Origin: Candidatus Omnitrophota bacterium
GTDB lineage: Bacteria > Omnitrophota > Gorgyraeia > Gygaellales > Profunditerraquicolaceae
DNA: 64,000 bases
Assembly: GCA_023819035.1 (NCBI GenBank)
Contig: JAMWCL010000001.1
Span: forward strand, 66,441-130,440
Reading direction: 5' to 3'
Shown here: one piece after another, positions 20,897 to 31,422 of the stretch
Layout: each line of letters begins with the position of its first letter
Numbering within the stretch: the first letter of the stretch is position 1
Notes under the pieces: generated by a model
Told to the model about the DNA's origin: nothing
Databases searched by the model: none
What the model saw: the letters and a program-made list of their open reading frames with translations, nothing else
Translations under genes and position numbers: made by a program

Positions 20897-21460
20897 TTAT
20901 ACCTTTAAAAAATTAGCTAAAATATCAAGTCCTGATCTGGTCAAGATTGATTCGGGATGAAACTGTAGCCCCCATACAGGATAATCTTTATGCTTTAAAC
21001 CCATAATCTCATCATCCTTAGTCCAGGCAGTGATCTGAAGGATTTTAGGAAGGCTATTTTTCTCGACAATAAGAGAATGATATCGTGTTGCCTCAAAAGG
21101 ATTGGGTATTCCTTTAAATATGGTGCGTTGATTATGATAAATAAGCGAGGTCTTACCATGCATTAATCTTTTGGCATTAATGATCCTTGCTCCAAAAACA
21201 AAACCAATTGCCTGATGTCCAAGGCAGACCCCTAATATGGGAATCCTTCCGGCAAACTCCTTTATGAGCTCGCAGGTAATCCCCGCATATTCAGGTCTAC
21301 CCGGACCAGGGGAGATAACGATCTTGTCAGGTTTTAATCTTTTTATCAGGTCTAAAGTTATCTTATTGTTTCTAAAGACCTTTGCCCTCTGTCCCAGAGA
21401 ACCTAAATATTGCACAAGATTATAGGTAAAGGAGTCGTAGTTATCAATCATCAAGATCAT
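20897..21460 (-). CDS. trpG: Anthranilate/aminodeoxychorismate synthase glutamine amidotransferase subunit
   Basis: MILMIDNYDSFTYNL, SPGPG, GVCLGHQ, TRYHSL, QFHPES; ATG at 21460 overlaps the murA TGA (ATGA). Confidence 0.93.
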   Translation of the reverse strand: MILMIDNYDSFTYNLVQYLGSLGQRAKVFRNNKITLDLIKRLKPDKIVISPGPGRPEYAGITCELIKEFAGRIPILGVCLGHQAIGFVFGARIINAKRLMHGKTSLIYHNQRTIFKGIPNPFEATRYHSLIVEKNSLPKILQITAWTKDDEIMGLKHKDYPVWGLQFHPESILTRSGLDILANFLKV

Positions 21461-22722
21461 TCCTTCTCCCTCCAAAGTTTTGCCCCTAAATTCTGTAATT
21501 TTATCTCAAAATTTTCATAACCCCGCTCTAAATGATAAATCCGGGAAACCGTAGTTATCCCTTTAGCTACCAAGCCCGCTAATACCAAGGATGCGGAGGC
21601 CCTTAAATCCGAAGCCATTACCGGAGCTCCCGAAAGCAATCTTACCCCTTCAACAATCGCATGAGGTCCTTCCCTTTGGATATAGGCTCCCATCCGATTA
21701 AGCTCAGCCACATGCATAAATCGATCCGGATAGATCTTTTCCGTAATCACACTTATCCCAGGAGTAACTGCCATTAAACTCATTATCTGTGCTTGCATAT
21801 CGGTGGGAAAACCAGGATAAGGAAGGGTAGTTACATTTACAGGTTTAAGTCTTCTTTTAAAGCGAGCGCGTAAAGAACAATGATCAACTATACTTATCTG
21901 TGCCCCTGCCTCTAAAAGCTTATCGATTAACGCACCTAAGTGTTGGTAACATAAATTTTTTATAAGAATATCACCTTTAGTTATTAAGGCAGCGATCATA
22001 AATGTTCCCGCCTCTATTCTATCGGGGATTACCTGATGGCTGGCTCCGTGTAGATGTTTTACCCCTTCTATCTCAATCAGCGGTGTACCAACACCTTTGA
22101 TCTTTGCTCCCATCTTTATTAAAAACTCACCCAGATCTATCACCTCTGGCTCACAAGCAGCGGACTCAATTATTGTCCTTCCTTCTGCTAAGGTGGCTGC
22201 CATCATTACATTGGCAGTTGCTAAGACCGAAGAGCCAAATACTCCACCTAAATAGATGTGTCTTCCCTTAAGACGATTGGCCTTGGCTACCACATAACCT
22301 GATTCGATACTGATATCTGCATTTAATGCTTTTAAGCCCTTAAGATGCAAATCTACTGGCCTTATCCCAATGACACATCCACCTGGCAAAGAGACCTTTG
22401 CCCTCTTTAACTTAGCCAAAAGAGGACCTAACACACAAAAGGATGCACGCATTGTTGAGACTAATTTATAATCAGCAACAAAGTTTATTTTGCCCGTAGA
22501 GGTAACAGTAACGGTATTCTTTTCTAAGATCACCTCTTTACCTAAAGAGCGTAATATCTTTATCATTGTTTGTGTATCACGCAGATTAGGTACATTTTTA
22601 ATTATACAGGCATCATCGGTTAGGAGGGTAGCAGCAAATATCGGTAGAACCGCATTCTTTGCGCCAGAAATAGTTACCTCGCCTTTTAAGATTGTTCCTC
22701 CTTCAATAACTAATTTATCCAT
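21457..22722 (-). CDS. murA: UDP-N-acetylglucosamine 1-carboxyvinyltransferase
   Basis: SGAKNAVLP, MRAS, LPGGCVIGIRPVDLH (active-site Cys), PGFPTDMQ, DLRA. Confidence 0.98.
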   Translation of the reverse strand: MDKLVIEGGTILKGEVTISGAKNAVLPIFAATLLTDDACIIKNVPNLRDTQTMIKILRSLGKEVILEKNTVTVTSTGKINFVADYKLVSTMRASFCVLGPLLAKLKRAKVSLPGGCVIGIRPVDLHLKGLKALNADISIESGYVVAKANRLKGRHIYLGGVFGSSVLATANVMMAATLAEGRTIIESAACEPEVIDLGEFLIKMGAKIKGVGTPLIEIEGVKHLHGASHQVIPDRIEAGTFMIAALITKGDILIKNLCYQHLGALIDKLLEAGAQISIVDHCSLRARFKRRLKPVNVTTLPYPGFPTDMQAQIMSLMAVTPGISVITEKIYPDRFMHVAELNRMGAYIQREGPHAIVEGVRLLSGAPVMASDLRASASLVLAGLVAKGITTVSRIYHLERGYENFEIKLQNLGAKLWREKE

Positions 22723-23509
22723 TTTTTACCTTTTTTGCTACAATCACCCGTTCAATATTATTGTAATCCTTAACGATCTTAATAACCTCGATATCCTTTA
22801 GGCCATTAAATATAGCTTCTATCGCTGGTCTTTGATTAAATCCCATCTCCATTATTAAAAAGCTGTCTTCTTCCAAATAATCAGAAGCATCCTTAATTAT
22901 CCTGCGATAGAAATCTAAACCATCCTTACCACCATCTAAAGCAATGCGTGGCTCATATTTTATCTCAGAGGCCAAGGTATCTATTTCTTTAGTAGCTATA
23001 TAAGGGGGGTTACTGACAATTAATCGATAACGCTTAAACCTTAAACAATCACTATTAAAAAGATCTGCCCTAATGAAATCTATCTCAACATTATTTAAAA
23101 TCGCATTTTCTTTAGCTACCTTTAAGGCCTCATCGGATATATCGGTGGCATCTATCTCAGCCTGGGGGAAAAATTTTGCTAAGGATATACCAATACAACC
23201 CGAACCTGTACCAAGGTCAAGAATTCTTATCTCTTTATTTTTTATCCTCTTGAGATAATTTAATGCGGTCTCAACCAAAATCTCCGTTTCTTGACGAGGA
23301 ATAAATACATAAGGGGTAAGTTTAAACTCTAATCCCATAAATTCAGTTTTACCTAAGATATATTGAATTGGCTGACCATACATCCTTCTTTTTAATATGG
23401 CGGCAAGCAGAGAAGACCTATCTTTTTTAAGAATTAGCTCTCTATTCTCATACAGATAGAATCTGTCGCAGTTTAAAATCTCTGTAAATAGGATCTCGGT
23501 CTCATTCAT
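22715..23509 (-). CDS. prmC: Release factor glutamine methyltransferase
   Basis: [36 protein letters not shown]; follows prfA. Confidence 0.96.
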   Translation of the reverse strand: MNETEILFTEILNCDRFYLYENRELILKKDRSSLLAAILKRRMYGQPIQYILGKTEFMGLEFKLTPYVFIPRQETEILVETALNYLKRIKNKEIRILDLGTGSGCIGISLAKFFPQAEIDATDISDEALKVAKENAILNNVEIDFIRADLFNSDCLRFKRYRLIVSNPPYIATKEIDTLASEIKYEPRIALDGGKDGLDFYRRIIKDASDYLEEDSFLIMEMGFNQRPAIEAIFNGLKDIEVIKIVKDYNNIERVIVAKKVKNG

Positions 23510-24560
23510 TTTTATTAATATCCAGCTGGGTCATAAGAGCATCAATTAGCTCATCCAAATCCCCATCAAGAATTGTATCTAGTTTATATAAAGTTAAATT
23601 AACGCGATGGTCAGTTACTCTGTGCTCAGGAAAGTTATAGGTTCTAATCTTCTCACTTCTCTGACCAGAACCAATCTGAGCTCTTCTTGTTTGGGAGATC
23701 CTTTCAAACTCCTCCTTCTGTTTCATCTCCAAAAGACGCGCTCTTAGAATACGCATTGCTTTATTTTTATTCTTTATTTGAGAGCGTTCATCCTGACAGG
23801 CAACCACCATTCCGGTAGGGATATGGGTAATCCTTACTGCGGAATCGGTTTTTTGCATATGTTGTCCACCTGGCCCAGAGGATCTAAAGGTATCGATTCT
23901 TAAATCCTTTGATTCAATAACCAGATCAATTTCCTTTGGTTCAATAAGCACTGCTACCGTAGCGGTAGAGGTATGGATTCTACCTTGCGCCTCAGTTGCT
24001 GGAATCCTTTGGACACGATGCACCCCACTTTCAAATTTAAGTCTTTTATAGGCATCTTTGCCTTTTACGCTAAAGACTATCTCTTTAAAACCCCCTGCTT
24101 CATTAGAACTGCAGGACATTAGCTCAACTATCCAGCCTTTTCTTGCAGAGTATCTTGTATACATTCGATATAAATCAGCAGCAAATAGTCCTGCCTCATC
24201 TCCCCCTGTGCCCTGTCTTATCTCCATTATTACATCTTTATTTAAATCTGGATCTTGACTGCTTAATCTTTTTCTTATCTCTTCTTCCAAAGATAACCTT
24301 TTTTTCTGAAGTTCATCTAACTCCCTTTTAACTAACTCTATAAATTCCTTCTCATGCTTCTCTAAAAGCACTGTTTTTAATTTCTCTAACTCTTCAGATA
24401 CTCTTTTAAACTCTCTAAATAAAAATACCTCTTCTTTTATCTGCGCCATCTCCTTGGCATAGCCCTGATATCTTTCTTTATCCGCAATAACCTCAGAAGA
24501 GGCTAAAAGTTGCTCTAATTCCTTATAATGCTGTTCTAATTTTTCTAAATACTGGTACAT
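23502..24560 (-). CDS. prfA: Peptide chain release factor 1
   Basis: [20 protein letters not shown] (PxT), [16 protein letters not shown]. Confidence 0.97.
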   Translation of the reverse strand: MYQYLEKLEQHYKELEQLLASSEVIADKERYQGYAKEMAQIKEEVFLFREFKRVSEELEKLKTVLLEKHEKEFIELVKRELDELQKKRLSLEEEIRKRLSSQDPDLNKDVIMEIRQGTGGDEAGLFAADLYRMYTRYSARKGWIVELMSCSSNEAGGFKEIVFSVKGKDAYKRLKFESGVHRVQRIPATEAQGRIHTSTATVAVLIEPKEIDLVIESKDLRIDTFRSSGPGGQHMQKTDSAVRITHIPTGMVVACQDERSQIKNKNKAMRILRARLLEMKQKEEFERISQTRRAQIGSGQRSEKIRTYNFPEHRVTDHRVNLTLYKLDTILDGDLDELIDALMTQLDINKNE

Positions 24561-24563
24561 CTT

Positions 24564-24767
24564 TTATTCTTTTTTCCCATAACGCTTCATAAACCTCTCA
24601 ACCCTTCCTGCGGTATCAACAAATTTCTGTTTTCCCGTAAAAAAGGGATGACATCTTGAACATATCTCTACACGGATGTTAGGCTTGGTAGAACGGCTAT
24701 GGATCGTATTTCCGCAAGCACATACAATTACACAGTCCTGATACCTTGGATGGATATTATCCTTCAT
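24564..24767 (-). CDS. rpmE: 50S ribosomal protein L31 (Zn-binding type)
   Basis: [32 protein letters not shown]. Confidence 0.98.
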   Translation of the reverse strand: MKDNIHPRYQDCVIVCACGNTIHSRSTKPNIRVEICSRCHPFFTGKQKFVDTAGRVERFMKRYGKKE

Positions 24768-24789
24768 CTTAGGTTTACCTCCTTTTAAG

Positions 24790-26046
24790 TTACTGGTTCA
24801 TACTGGCAAGAAACTCCTCATTGTTCTTTGTCTTCGATAACTTCTCAATTAATAGCTCCATTGCCTCAACATTATTAAGTTCATTTAAAACCTTCCTTAA
24901 TACCCAAATCTTCTGGAGTTGCTCGGGTTTTACCAGTAACTCCTCATGACGGGTATTAGAACGTTTTATATCGATAGCGGGATAAATTCTACGCTGAAAA
25001 AGAGTTCTGTCAAGTTGTAATTCCATATTCCCTGTGCCTTTAAATTCCTCAAAGATTACCTCATCCATACGGCTTCCGGTATCAATCAACGCAGTGGCAA
25101 TTATAGTAAGACTACCCCCTTCCTCTACCGCCCTCGCTGCCCCAAAGAATCTTTTTGGTTTTTGCAGGGCATTGGAGTCTATACCTCCTGAAAGAACCTT
25201 ACCACTATGAGGCACCACCGCATTGTAAGCCCTGGCTAAGCGGGTTATACTATCCAACAGGATTACCACATCACGCTTATGCTCAACTAATCGCTTTGCT
25301 TTTTCTAAGACGATCTCCGCTACCTGCACATGCCTTTCCGGTGGTTCATCAAATGTAGAAGAGATCACCTCACCCTTGACATTCCTCTGCATATCAGTAA
25401 CCTCTTCAGGTCGCTCATCAATAAGAAGTACAATCAAGATTACATCCGGATGATTACGCATAATCACATTCGCAAGTTTCTGGAGAAGCACGGTTTTACC
25501 ACTATAAGGTTGGGCTACAATTAGACCACGTTGTCCTTTGCCAATAGGAGTAAGCAGACTCATAATCCGAATAGATATCTCATCCGCAGGACATTCTAAG
25601 TTAAATGGCTCATGAGGATATATAGGAGTAAGATTATCAAAGAGCACCTTTTCCTTTATTTCCTCGGGATTCTCAAAATTGACTGCCTCAACCTTTAAAA
25701 GGGCAAAGTACTTTTCTCCTTCTTTAGGTGGCCGGATTTGGCCACTTACCGTATCTCCTGTCCTTAAATCAAATTTTCTTATTTGAGAAGGGGAGATATA
25801 GATATCATCAGGACAAGGCAGATAATTATAATTAGGAGATCTTAAAAAACCAAACCCCTCAGGAAGAATCTCTAAAACCCCTTCCCCAAACATCAACCCC
25901 TCTTTTTCTGCCTGTGCTTGAAGGATTTTAAAAATAAGGTCTTGCTTACGCAAACCACTAAAACCATTTACATTTAATTCTTTAGCTAGGTTAGTTAACT
26001 CAGGCAGTCTCATTTCTTTTAAAACTGCTATGTTTAATTTCTCCAC
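24790..26046 (-). CDS. rho: Transcription termination factor Rho
   Basis: [49 protein letters not shown]; GTG start with SD. Confidence 0.98.
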   Translation of the reverse strand: MEKLNIAVLKEMRLPELTNLAKELNVNGFSGLRKQDLIFKILQAQAEKEGLMFGEGVLEILPEGFGFLRSPNYNYLPCPDDIYISPSQIRKFDLRTGDTVSGQIRPPKEGEKYFALLKVEAVNFENPEEIKEKVLFDNLTPIYPHEPFNLECPADEISIRIMSLLTPIGKGQRGLIVAQPYSGKTVLLQKLANVIMRNHPDVILIVLLIDERPEEVTDMQRNVKGEVISSTFDEPPERHVQVAEIVLEKAKRLVEHKRDVVILLDSITRLARAYNAVVPHSGKVLSGGIDSNALQKPKRFFGAARAVEEGGSLTIIATALIDTGSRMDEVIFEEFKGTGNMELQLDRTLFQRRIYPAIDIKRSNTRHEELLVKPEQLQKIWVLRKVLNELNNVEAMELLIEKLSKTKNNEEFLASMNQ

Positions 26047-26645
26047 CTCAACCTCCTTATTATTTTGTTTACCTGTCTTTTTGTTTTTTTAAGACTGAAT
26101 GTATTATCTATTACGAAATCTGCCATCTTAATTTTTTTAGATAAGGGCATCTGTGCCTTAATCCTTTTTAATATCTCTTCCTCTTCCATCGAGAATTTCT
26201 TCTTAATTCTTTCAATCTGGATTTTTCTGTCTATCTTCACTACGATCAATATATCTACAATCTGCGCTAATCCTGCTTCTAATAAAAGAGGAGCATCCAA
26301 AACCACTATTCCCTTTTTAAAAGAATGAAGCTTTTCTTTAACTATCTTTATTACCTTGGGATGAATGATACAATTTAACTTAAGTAAAAGCTTTTTATTA
26401 TTAAATACTATATTTGCTAATTTTTTTCGATTAATCTGTTTATTTATGTTAAGAATCTCTTTACCCAATAATCCTATTATTTTTTTATAGGCGGGGCTAC
26501 CTCTTCTTATACAACGATGGGCTAATCTATCTAAATCTATAACCTTTGCCCCATATTTTTTAAATATCCTTGCTACCGTGGTCTTTCCACTACCAAAGCT
26601 TCCGGTAATCCCAATAACCAACCTATCCTTGAGTTGCCCTTTCAT
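26034..26645 (-). CDS. coaE: Dephospho-CoA kinase
   Basis: [33 protein letters not shown]; likely start ATG at 26645 ([12 protein letters not shown]). Confidence 0.93.
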   Translation of the reverse strand: MKGQLKDRLVIGITGSFGSGKTTVARIFKKYGAKVIDLDRLAHRCIRRGSPAYKKIIGLLGKEILNINKQINRKKLANIVFNNKKLLLKLNCIIHPKVIKIVKEKLHSFKKGIVVLDAPLLLEAGLAQIVDILIVVKIDRKIQIERIKKKFSMEEEEILKRIKAQMPLSKKIKMADFVIDNTFSLKKTKRQVNKIIRRLRWRN

Positions 26646-28011
26646 ATAACTGGATATATCTTTTTGCCGATTCAAACCAAGAGAAGTTACACTGCATGGC
26701 ATTCCTCATAAGCATAAGCCATCTTTCTTTATTCTTAAAGGTATCTATTGCTTGTTTTATAGTCTTTAATAAATCTTCTTTGGTATAATTTTCAAAAACA
26801 AAACCATTCTTTTCATTCACCGTGTCTGCTAACCCCCCTGTCTTAAATACCAAAGGTATGGTTCCGTATTTTAAACTGATCATCTGGCCTAAACCACAGG
26901 GTTCGTACCTAGAAGGCATAAGGAATATATCAGAACCTGCATATATCTTATGCGCTAAAGGGTCATCAAATTTAAGATGCAAAGATAAAATCTTAGGAAA
27001 TCTTCTGGCGATATCCTGTAAGAGCTGATGGTATTTTAAATCACCTACCCCTAAGATCACCATCTGGATCTCCATCTTAGCAATCTCCTCCATCGCTTCT
27101 AGTAAGATATCGAATCCCTTCTGTTGAGCCAATCTTGAGACTATCCCTAAAAGGGGTATCTCTTTTTTAAGGGGTAAGTTACAGATTTTTTGGAGTTCTC
27201 TTTTGTTTTTATATTTATCCTCTAAATTATTTAGAGAATAATTCGTGGTAATAAATTTATCGTTCTGGGGATTCCAAATAGAATAATCCAAACCATTCAG
27301 GATTCCAAATAAAGAATCCTTACGTTTACCTAAGACACCCTCTAAACCAAAACCAAACTCTTTAGTTTGTATCTCTTTACTATAAGTTTGACTTACTGTG
27401 CTAATTAAATCAGAAAAAACAATTCCGCCCTTTAAGATGTTTATCTTTCCATAAAATTCAAGCATATCCATATTAAAAAGCTCCCAGCTAAGACCCAATT
27501 TAGGAAACTCCTCCTTAGGAAACAATCCTTGATAACCCAGATTATGTATGGTTAAGACGGTCTTTGTATTTTTATAGAAAGGGTCATCCTTATAGAGATT
27601 TTTTAAATATACAGGAATCAAGGCAGATTGCCAATCATGACAATGAATGATATCGGGTTTAAAATCTATCTTTTTTATTAATGCTAAGGTCGCCCTACAG
27701 TAATAGGCAAATCTATCCAGATTATCCTTATAATCCCCTTTTTTATCTTGATAAAGACCATCGCGATTAAAATATTTTTGATGTTTTATAAAATAAACCT
27801 TTATGTTTTTACCGATAGTAGAATATAGGATATTACCTTTTAAGCTTTGGATGTTAAACTTAGCATCGCTAATCACCTTATACTTTGGCATCACTAAAAT
27901 TATCTGTTGATCAAGCTCCTCTAATGCCAAAGGCAAAGCTCCCAGTACATCTGCCAGACCTCCCGTCTTGGCAAAAGGCACTACCTCTGAGGCACACATT
28001 GCGATCTTCAT
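26623..28011 (-). CDS. glgA: Glycogen synthase
   Basis: SEVVPFAKTGGLADV, HCHDWQ, TIHNLGYQG, MPSRYEPCGLGQ. Confidence 0.97.
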   Translation of the reverse strand: MKIAMCASEVVPFAKTGGLADVLGALPLALEELDQQIILVMPKYKVISDAKFNIQSLKGNILYSTIGKNIKVYFIKHQKYFNRDGLYQDKKGDYKDNLDRFAYYCRATLALIKKIDFKPDIIHCHDWQSALIPVYLKNLYKDDPFYKNTKTVLTIHNLGYQGLFPKEEFPKLGLSWELFNMDMLEFYGKINILKGGIVFSDLISTVSQTYSKEIQTKEFGFGLEGVLGKRKDSLFGILNGLDYSIWNPQNDKFITTNYSLNNLEDKYKNKRELQKICNLPLKKEIPLLGIVSRLAQQKGFDILLEAMEEIAKMEIQMVILGVGDLKYHQLLQDIARRFPKILSLHLKFDDPLAHKIYAGSDIFLMPSRYEPCGLGQMISLKYGTIPLVFKTGGLADTVNEKNGFVFENYTKEDLLKTIKQAIDTFKNKERWLMLMRNAMQCNFSWFESAKRYIQLYERATQG

Positions 28012-30548
28012 TTGATCACCTCCATATCTAACCAGTTTTTGCCTTTTTTTACCTGTACCTTTATCGGTACATCTAATTTTAAAACATTCTCCATTTTATC
28101 CTTTACCAAACTTACAAATAAATCCATCTCATTATCTGGAACATCAAACAACAATTCATCATGGATTTGAAGAATCATTTTTGTTTTAAGGTTTCTTTTT
28201 TTTATCTCACGATGTATCTGAATCATCGCTAACTTTATTAAATCACTAGCGGAGCCCTGTACAGGGGCATTCACTGCTTGACGCTGAGCAAACTGACGAA
28301 TGCTCTGATTTTTACTGTTAATCTCCGAAATGTATCTACGTCTTCCTAAGATAGTACTTACAAAACCATTCTTTTGGGCTTTTATTATCTGCTCATCTAT
28401 ATATTCTTTTACCTTAGGATACCTTACAAAATAAGCATCAATAAATCCCTGTGCTTGCTCAACCGAAATCCCCAGATCACGGCTTAAACCGTAGGCAGTC
28501 AGACCATAAATAATCCCGAAGTTTACCCTCTTGGCTATCTCACGCATAGAATCGTCTATATCTTCTTCATCCAAACCATAGATTAAAGATGCGGTAATCC
28601 GATGAATGTCTTTGTCTTGTCTAAATGTTGAAAGGAGATTCTCGTCATGACAGAGATGGGCAAGAATCCTCAGTTCTATCTGGGAGTAATCACAGGATAA
28701 AAGAAAACTATCCTGATTAAAGCAGACTATCGCACGTCTAATATTTCTTCCGATCTCTGTCTTTATAGGGATATTTTGAAGATTAGGATTGCTTGAACTG
28801 AGCCTTCCTGTCTCTGTGCCCGTTTGATTAAAAAATGTATGAACTCTATTAGTGTAAGGATCAATCAGATTGGGCAAAACATCAACATAGGTAGTTTTTA
28901 ATTTAGTTAATTGCCGATATTCAAGTAATAGTTGAGGTAATCGATGGTAAGCAGAAAGGCTCTTTAAGACCTCTTCATCAGTAGAAGGTCCGGTCTTACT
29001 TTTCTTAACTATGGGTAGCTTCAGTCTCTCAAAGAGTATCTCTCTTAATTGCTTGGGTGAATTAAGGTTAAATTGACAACCGCTTAAAATATAGATCTCA
29101 TCAATTAATTTTATTAATTTCTTCTCGATCTTTTGAGAAAGTTCCTTAAGCATCTGGGTATCTAAACTTATACCCGTTAACTCCATCTCTGCCAAAACCT
29201 CAACCAAAGGCATCTCTAAATCCATAAAAAGTTTAAAGAGAGCTTTTTGTTTAAGTTCCTTTTCTAATATGGGCTTCAGTTCTAAGATTAGTTCGATAGC
29301 AGTCTTGTTATTTAAAGATCCCATTCCTGTTTTACCCAGATAATCCCAGGCAAGAGTATTTAAGCTATAGTCATTTTTGCTGGGGTTAAGAAGATAACCG
29401 GCGATCATGGTATCAAAATACAATCCTTTTAAATCTATTCCCTCTTTCGCTAAAGATACCATCATCCTTTTTAAATCGTGACCTATCTTTTTTATCTGAG
29501 GATTAGTTAATATCTCCTTAAGATAATTAGGATTATCCTTGATTTGAAAAAATCTATCTTCTGTATAAAAGATAAGCTCTTTTGTACTAAAACCATATAA
29601 AAATAACTCATTGGTAGATTTTAAAATCTTTTTTATAAATTCTTCTTCAAGTGATAAAACCAGAGGTTGATTTTCCTTTTTTTCTTCTTGAAGTGGAAGA
29701 TTTTTAAGGAGGGTTTTAAATTCAAGATAATTAAAGATCTTAAATAACTCCTGATAATCCGCCTTACTAATTTTTAAATCCTCGGGTTCTAGGTCTATCT
29801 GTAGATCATCCTTTAAGGTCACCAATTGTTGATTTAATCTTATTTTTTCAATACTATTTTTAATTGCCTCTTTTATCCTCTCTTTTTTTATCTTATCAAT
29901 ATTACTTAATAAATCCTTTAAACTTCCGAAGGTTCTAATTAGCTCTACCGCGGTTTTCTCTCCAATACCTGAGACGCCGGGGATATTATCCACATCATCC
30001 CCCATTAAGGCAATGATATCAACTATCCTTTCCGGCTCCACCCCAAAGCGTTCTGAGATCTTTTTACGGTCATAAAGTATCCCTGCCTCTTTATAAGGGC
30101 TAAATACTACAGTATTTTCATCTACTAACTGAAGTATATCTTTATCTGAACTTATAATGGTAACAAAAAAATTCTTATCCTTGGCTTTCTTAACCAAGGT
30201 AGCAATTATATCATCTGCCTCATAACCTTCTTTCTCAATGATCCTGATCCCATAATTAGATACGATCCTTTTTATGAAGGGTATCTGACTAGACAGTTCA
30301 TCCGGCATGGGTGGACGTTGAAGTTTATATTCAGCAAATTTCTCCTGCCTAAAGGTTTTTCGGGAAACATCAAAGCAGACCCCGAAAAATTGTGGTTTTT
30401 CATTCTTCAGAATCTTATTTAACATATTCACAAATCCATATATAGCATTAGTAGGTTGTCCAAAAGAGGTAAATAGTCCCTTTAAAGCATAAAATGCCCG
30501 ATAACAAAAAGCAGTAGCATCCACTAAATATATCTTCTTTTTATTCAT
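28008..30548 (-). CDS. polA: DNA polymerase I
   Basis: 5'-3' exonuclease (YRAFYA, GYEADD, DNIPGV), TGRLSSSNPNLQNIP, DYSQIELR, AKRVNFGIIYG, QIHDEL. Confidence 0.97.
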   Translation of the reverse strand: MNKKKIYLVDATAFCYRAFYALKGLFTSFGQPTNAIYGFVNMLNKILKNEKPQFFGVCFDVSRKTFRQEKFAEYKLQRPPMPDELSSQIPFIKRIVSNYGIRIIEKEGYEADDIIATLVKKAKDKNFFVTIISSDKDILQLVDENTVVFSPYKEAGILYDRKKISERFGVEPERIVDIIALMGDDVDNIPGVSGIGEKTAVELIRTFGSLKDLLSNIDKIKKERIKEAIKNSIEKIRLNQQLVTLKDDLQIDLEPEDLKISKADYQELFKIFNYLEFKTLLKNLPLQEEKKENQPLVLSLEEEFIKKILKSTNELFLYGFSTKELIFYTEDRFFQIKDNPNYLKEILTNPQIKKIGHDLKRMMVSLAKEGIDLKGLYFDTMIAGYLLNPSKNDYSLNTLAWDYLGKTGMGSLNNKTAIELILELKPILEKELKQKALFKLFMDLEMPLVEVLAEMELTGISLDTQMLKELSQKIEKKLIKLIDEIYILSGCQFNLNSPKQLREILFERLKLPIVKKSKTGPSTDEEVLKSLSAYHRLPQLLLEYRQLTKLKTTYVDVLPNLIDPYTNRVHTFFNQTGTETGRLSSSNPNLQNIPIKTEIGRNIRRAIVCFNQDSFLLSCDYSQIELRILAHLCHDENLLSTFRQDKDIHRITASLIYGLDEEDIDDSMREIAKRVNFGIIYGLTAYGLSRDLGISVEQAQGFIDAYFVRYPKVKEYIDEQIIKAQKNGFVSTILGRRRYISEINSKNQSIRQFAQRQAVNAPVQGSASDLIKLAMIQIHREIKKRNLKTKMILQIHDELLFDVPDNEMDLFVSLVKDKMENVLKLDVPIKVQVKKGKNWLDMEVIK

Positions 30549-30599
30549 TAACTAACACATGGAAACAATTGGGGTAGGGAAAATAAAAGTTGTGGTTTC

Positions 30600-31367
30600 T
30601 TATTTTGATAACAATCTTGCCCGTACTTTTTCGATGAACCTTTTAATCTCAGAATTAGTAGGATCTAGCTGTAAAGCATCGATTGCTTTCTTTAAGGCAG
30701 TGACATTATCAGCCTTATTATAACTTATCTGGGCTTGCCTAAAATAAAACTTAGCAAGTTCTTTATCATCCTCCCGCTGAATCGCCCTTTCTCCTAAGAT
30801 GTCCTTTACTAGCTCAGTTACCTCAGATTCTTTTAAGATACTATTTGAGGAAATCCCCTTAATCTTAGCAATATCTTTAAGACGTTGCTTAGCCTTCTGG
30901 GTCCAGGGGTCGCTAGAAGAACCCAATTTTACACGCTTTTCCCAGTAAAAGGCTGCCTTATCTAAATCCCGCTTTTTCTCGTAGAGTAAGGCTAAATTTG
31001 AGTAGGGGCTTAAATAGTAAGGATCAATCTGAATAGCCTTAAGGTAACTCTCCTCTGCTTGTTCAACCATATTCATGGCTTCATATATTATCCCTAAATC
31101 ATTATAGACTACCGCATAACCAGGATCTAATTCCTGTGCCTTGCGATAAAAACTTAAAGCCTTCTCTAAATCACCCCGCTGTTGTAATTCCAATCCTTGC
31201 TCCCGATAGAGCCTTGCCTGCTTCTGTAATAAAGGGAGTTTTTCGCTCTTTGGTTGTTCGGCAAGCTGTTCATTTTTGCCTTGGGAAAAGATTAAAGGAG
31301 TATAACTAAAAGTAAGAATTATTATAAGAAGAACCTCTGAAAATCTCTTCCAAAAAGATAGGCCCAT
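30600..31367 (-). CDS. Secreted tetratricopeptide-repeat protein
   Basis: Signal-peptide-like N-terminus; TPRs (YNDLGIIYE, YSNLALLYE, ALQLDPTN). Confidence 0.8.
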   Translation of the reverse strand: MGLSFWKRFSEVLLIIILTFSYTPLIFSQGKNEQLAEQPKSEKLPLLQKQARLYREQGLELQQRGDLEKALSFYRKAQELDPGYAVVYNDLGIIYEAMNMVEQAEESYLKAIQIDPYYLSPYSNLALLYEKKRDLDKAAFYWEKRVKLGSSSDPWTQKAKQRLKDIAKIKGISSNSILKESEVTELVKDILGERAIQREDDKELAKFYFRQAQISYNKADNVTALKKAIDALQLDPTNSEIKRFIEKVRARLLSK

Positions 31368-31382
31368 CTTTCGTCAGAGAGT

Positions 31383-31410
31383 ATTATACATTATAGCCAT
31401 AAACAGTCAA
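31383..31410 (-). promoter_or_regulatory. Sigma70-type promoter for the TPR-polA-glgA-coaE-rho unit
   Basis: TTGACT (31410-31405), 16 nt spacer, TATAAT (31388-31383). Confidence 0.65.
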
Positions 31411-31422
31411 GAAAAAAATATC

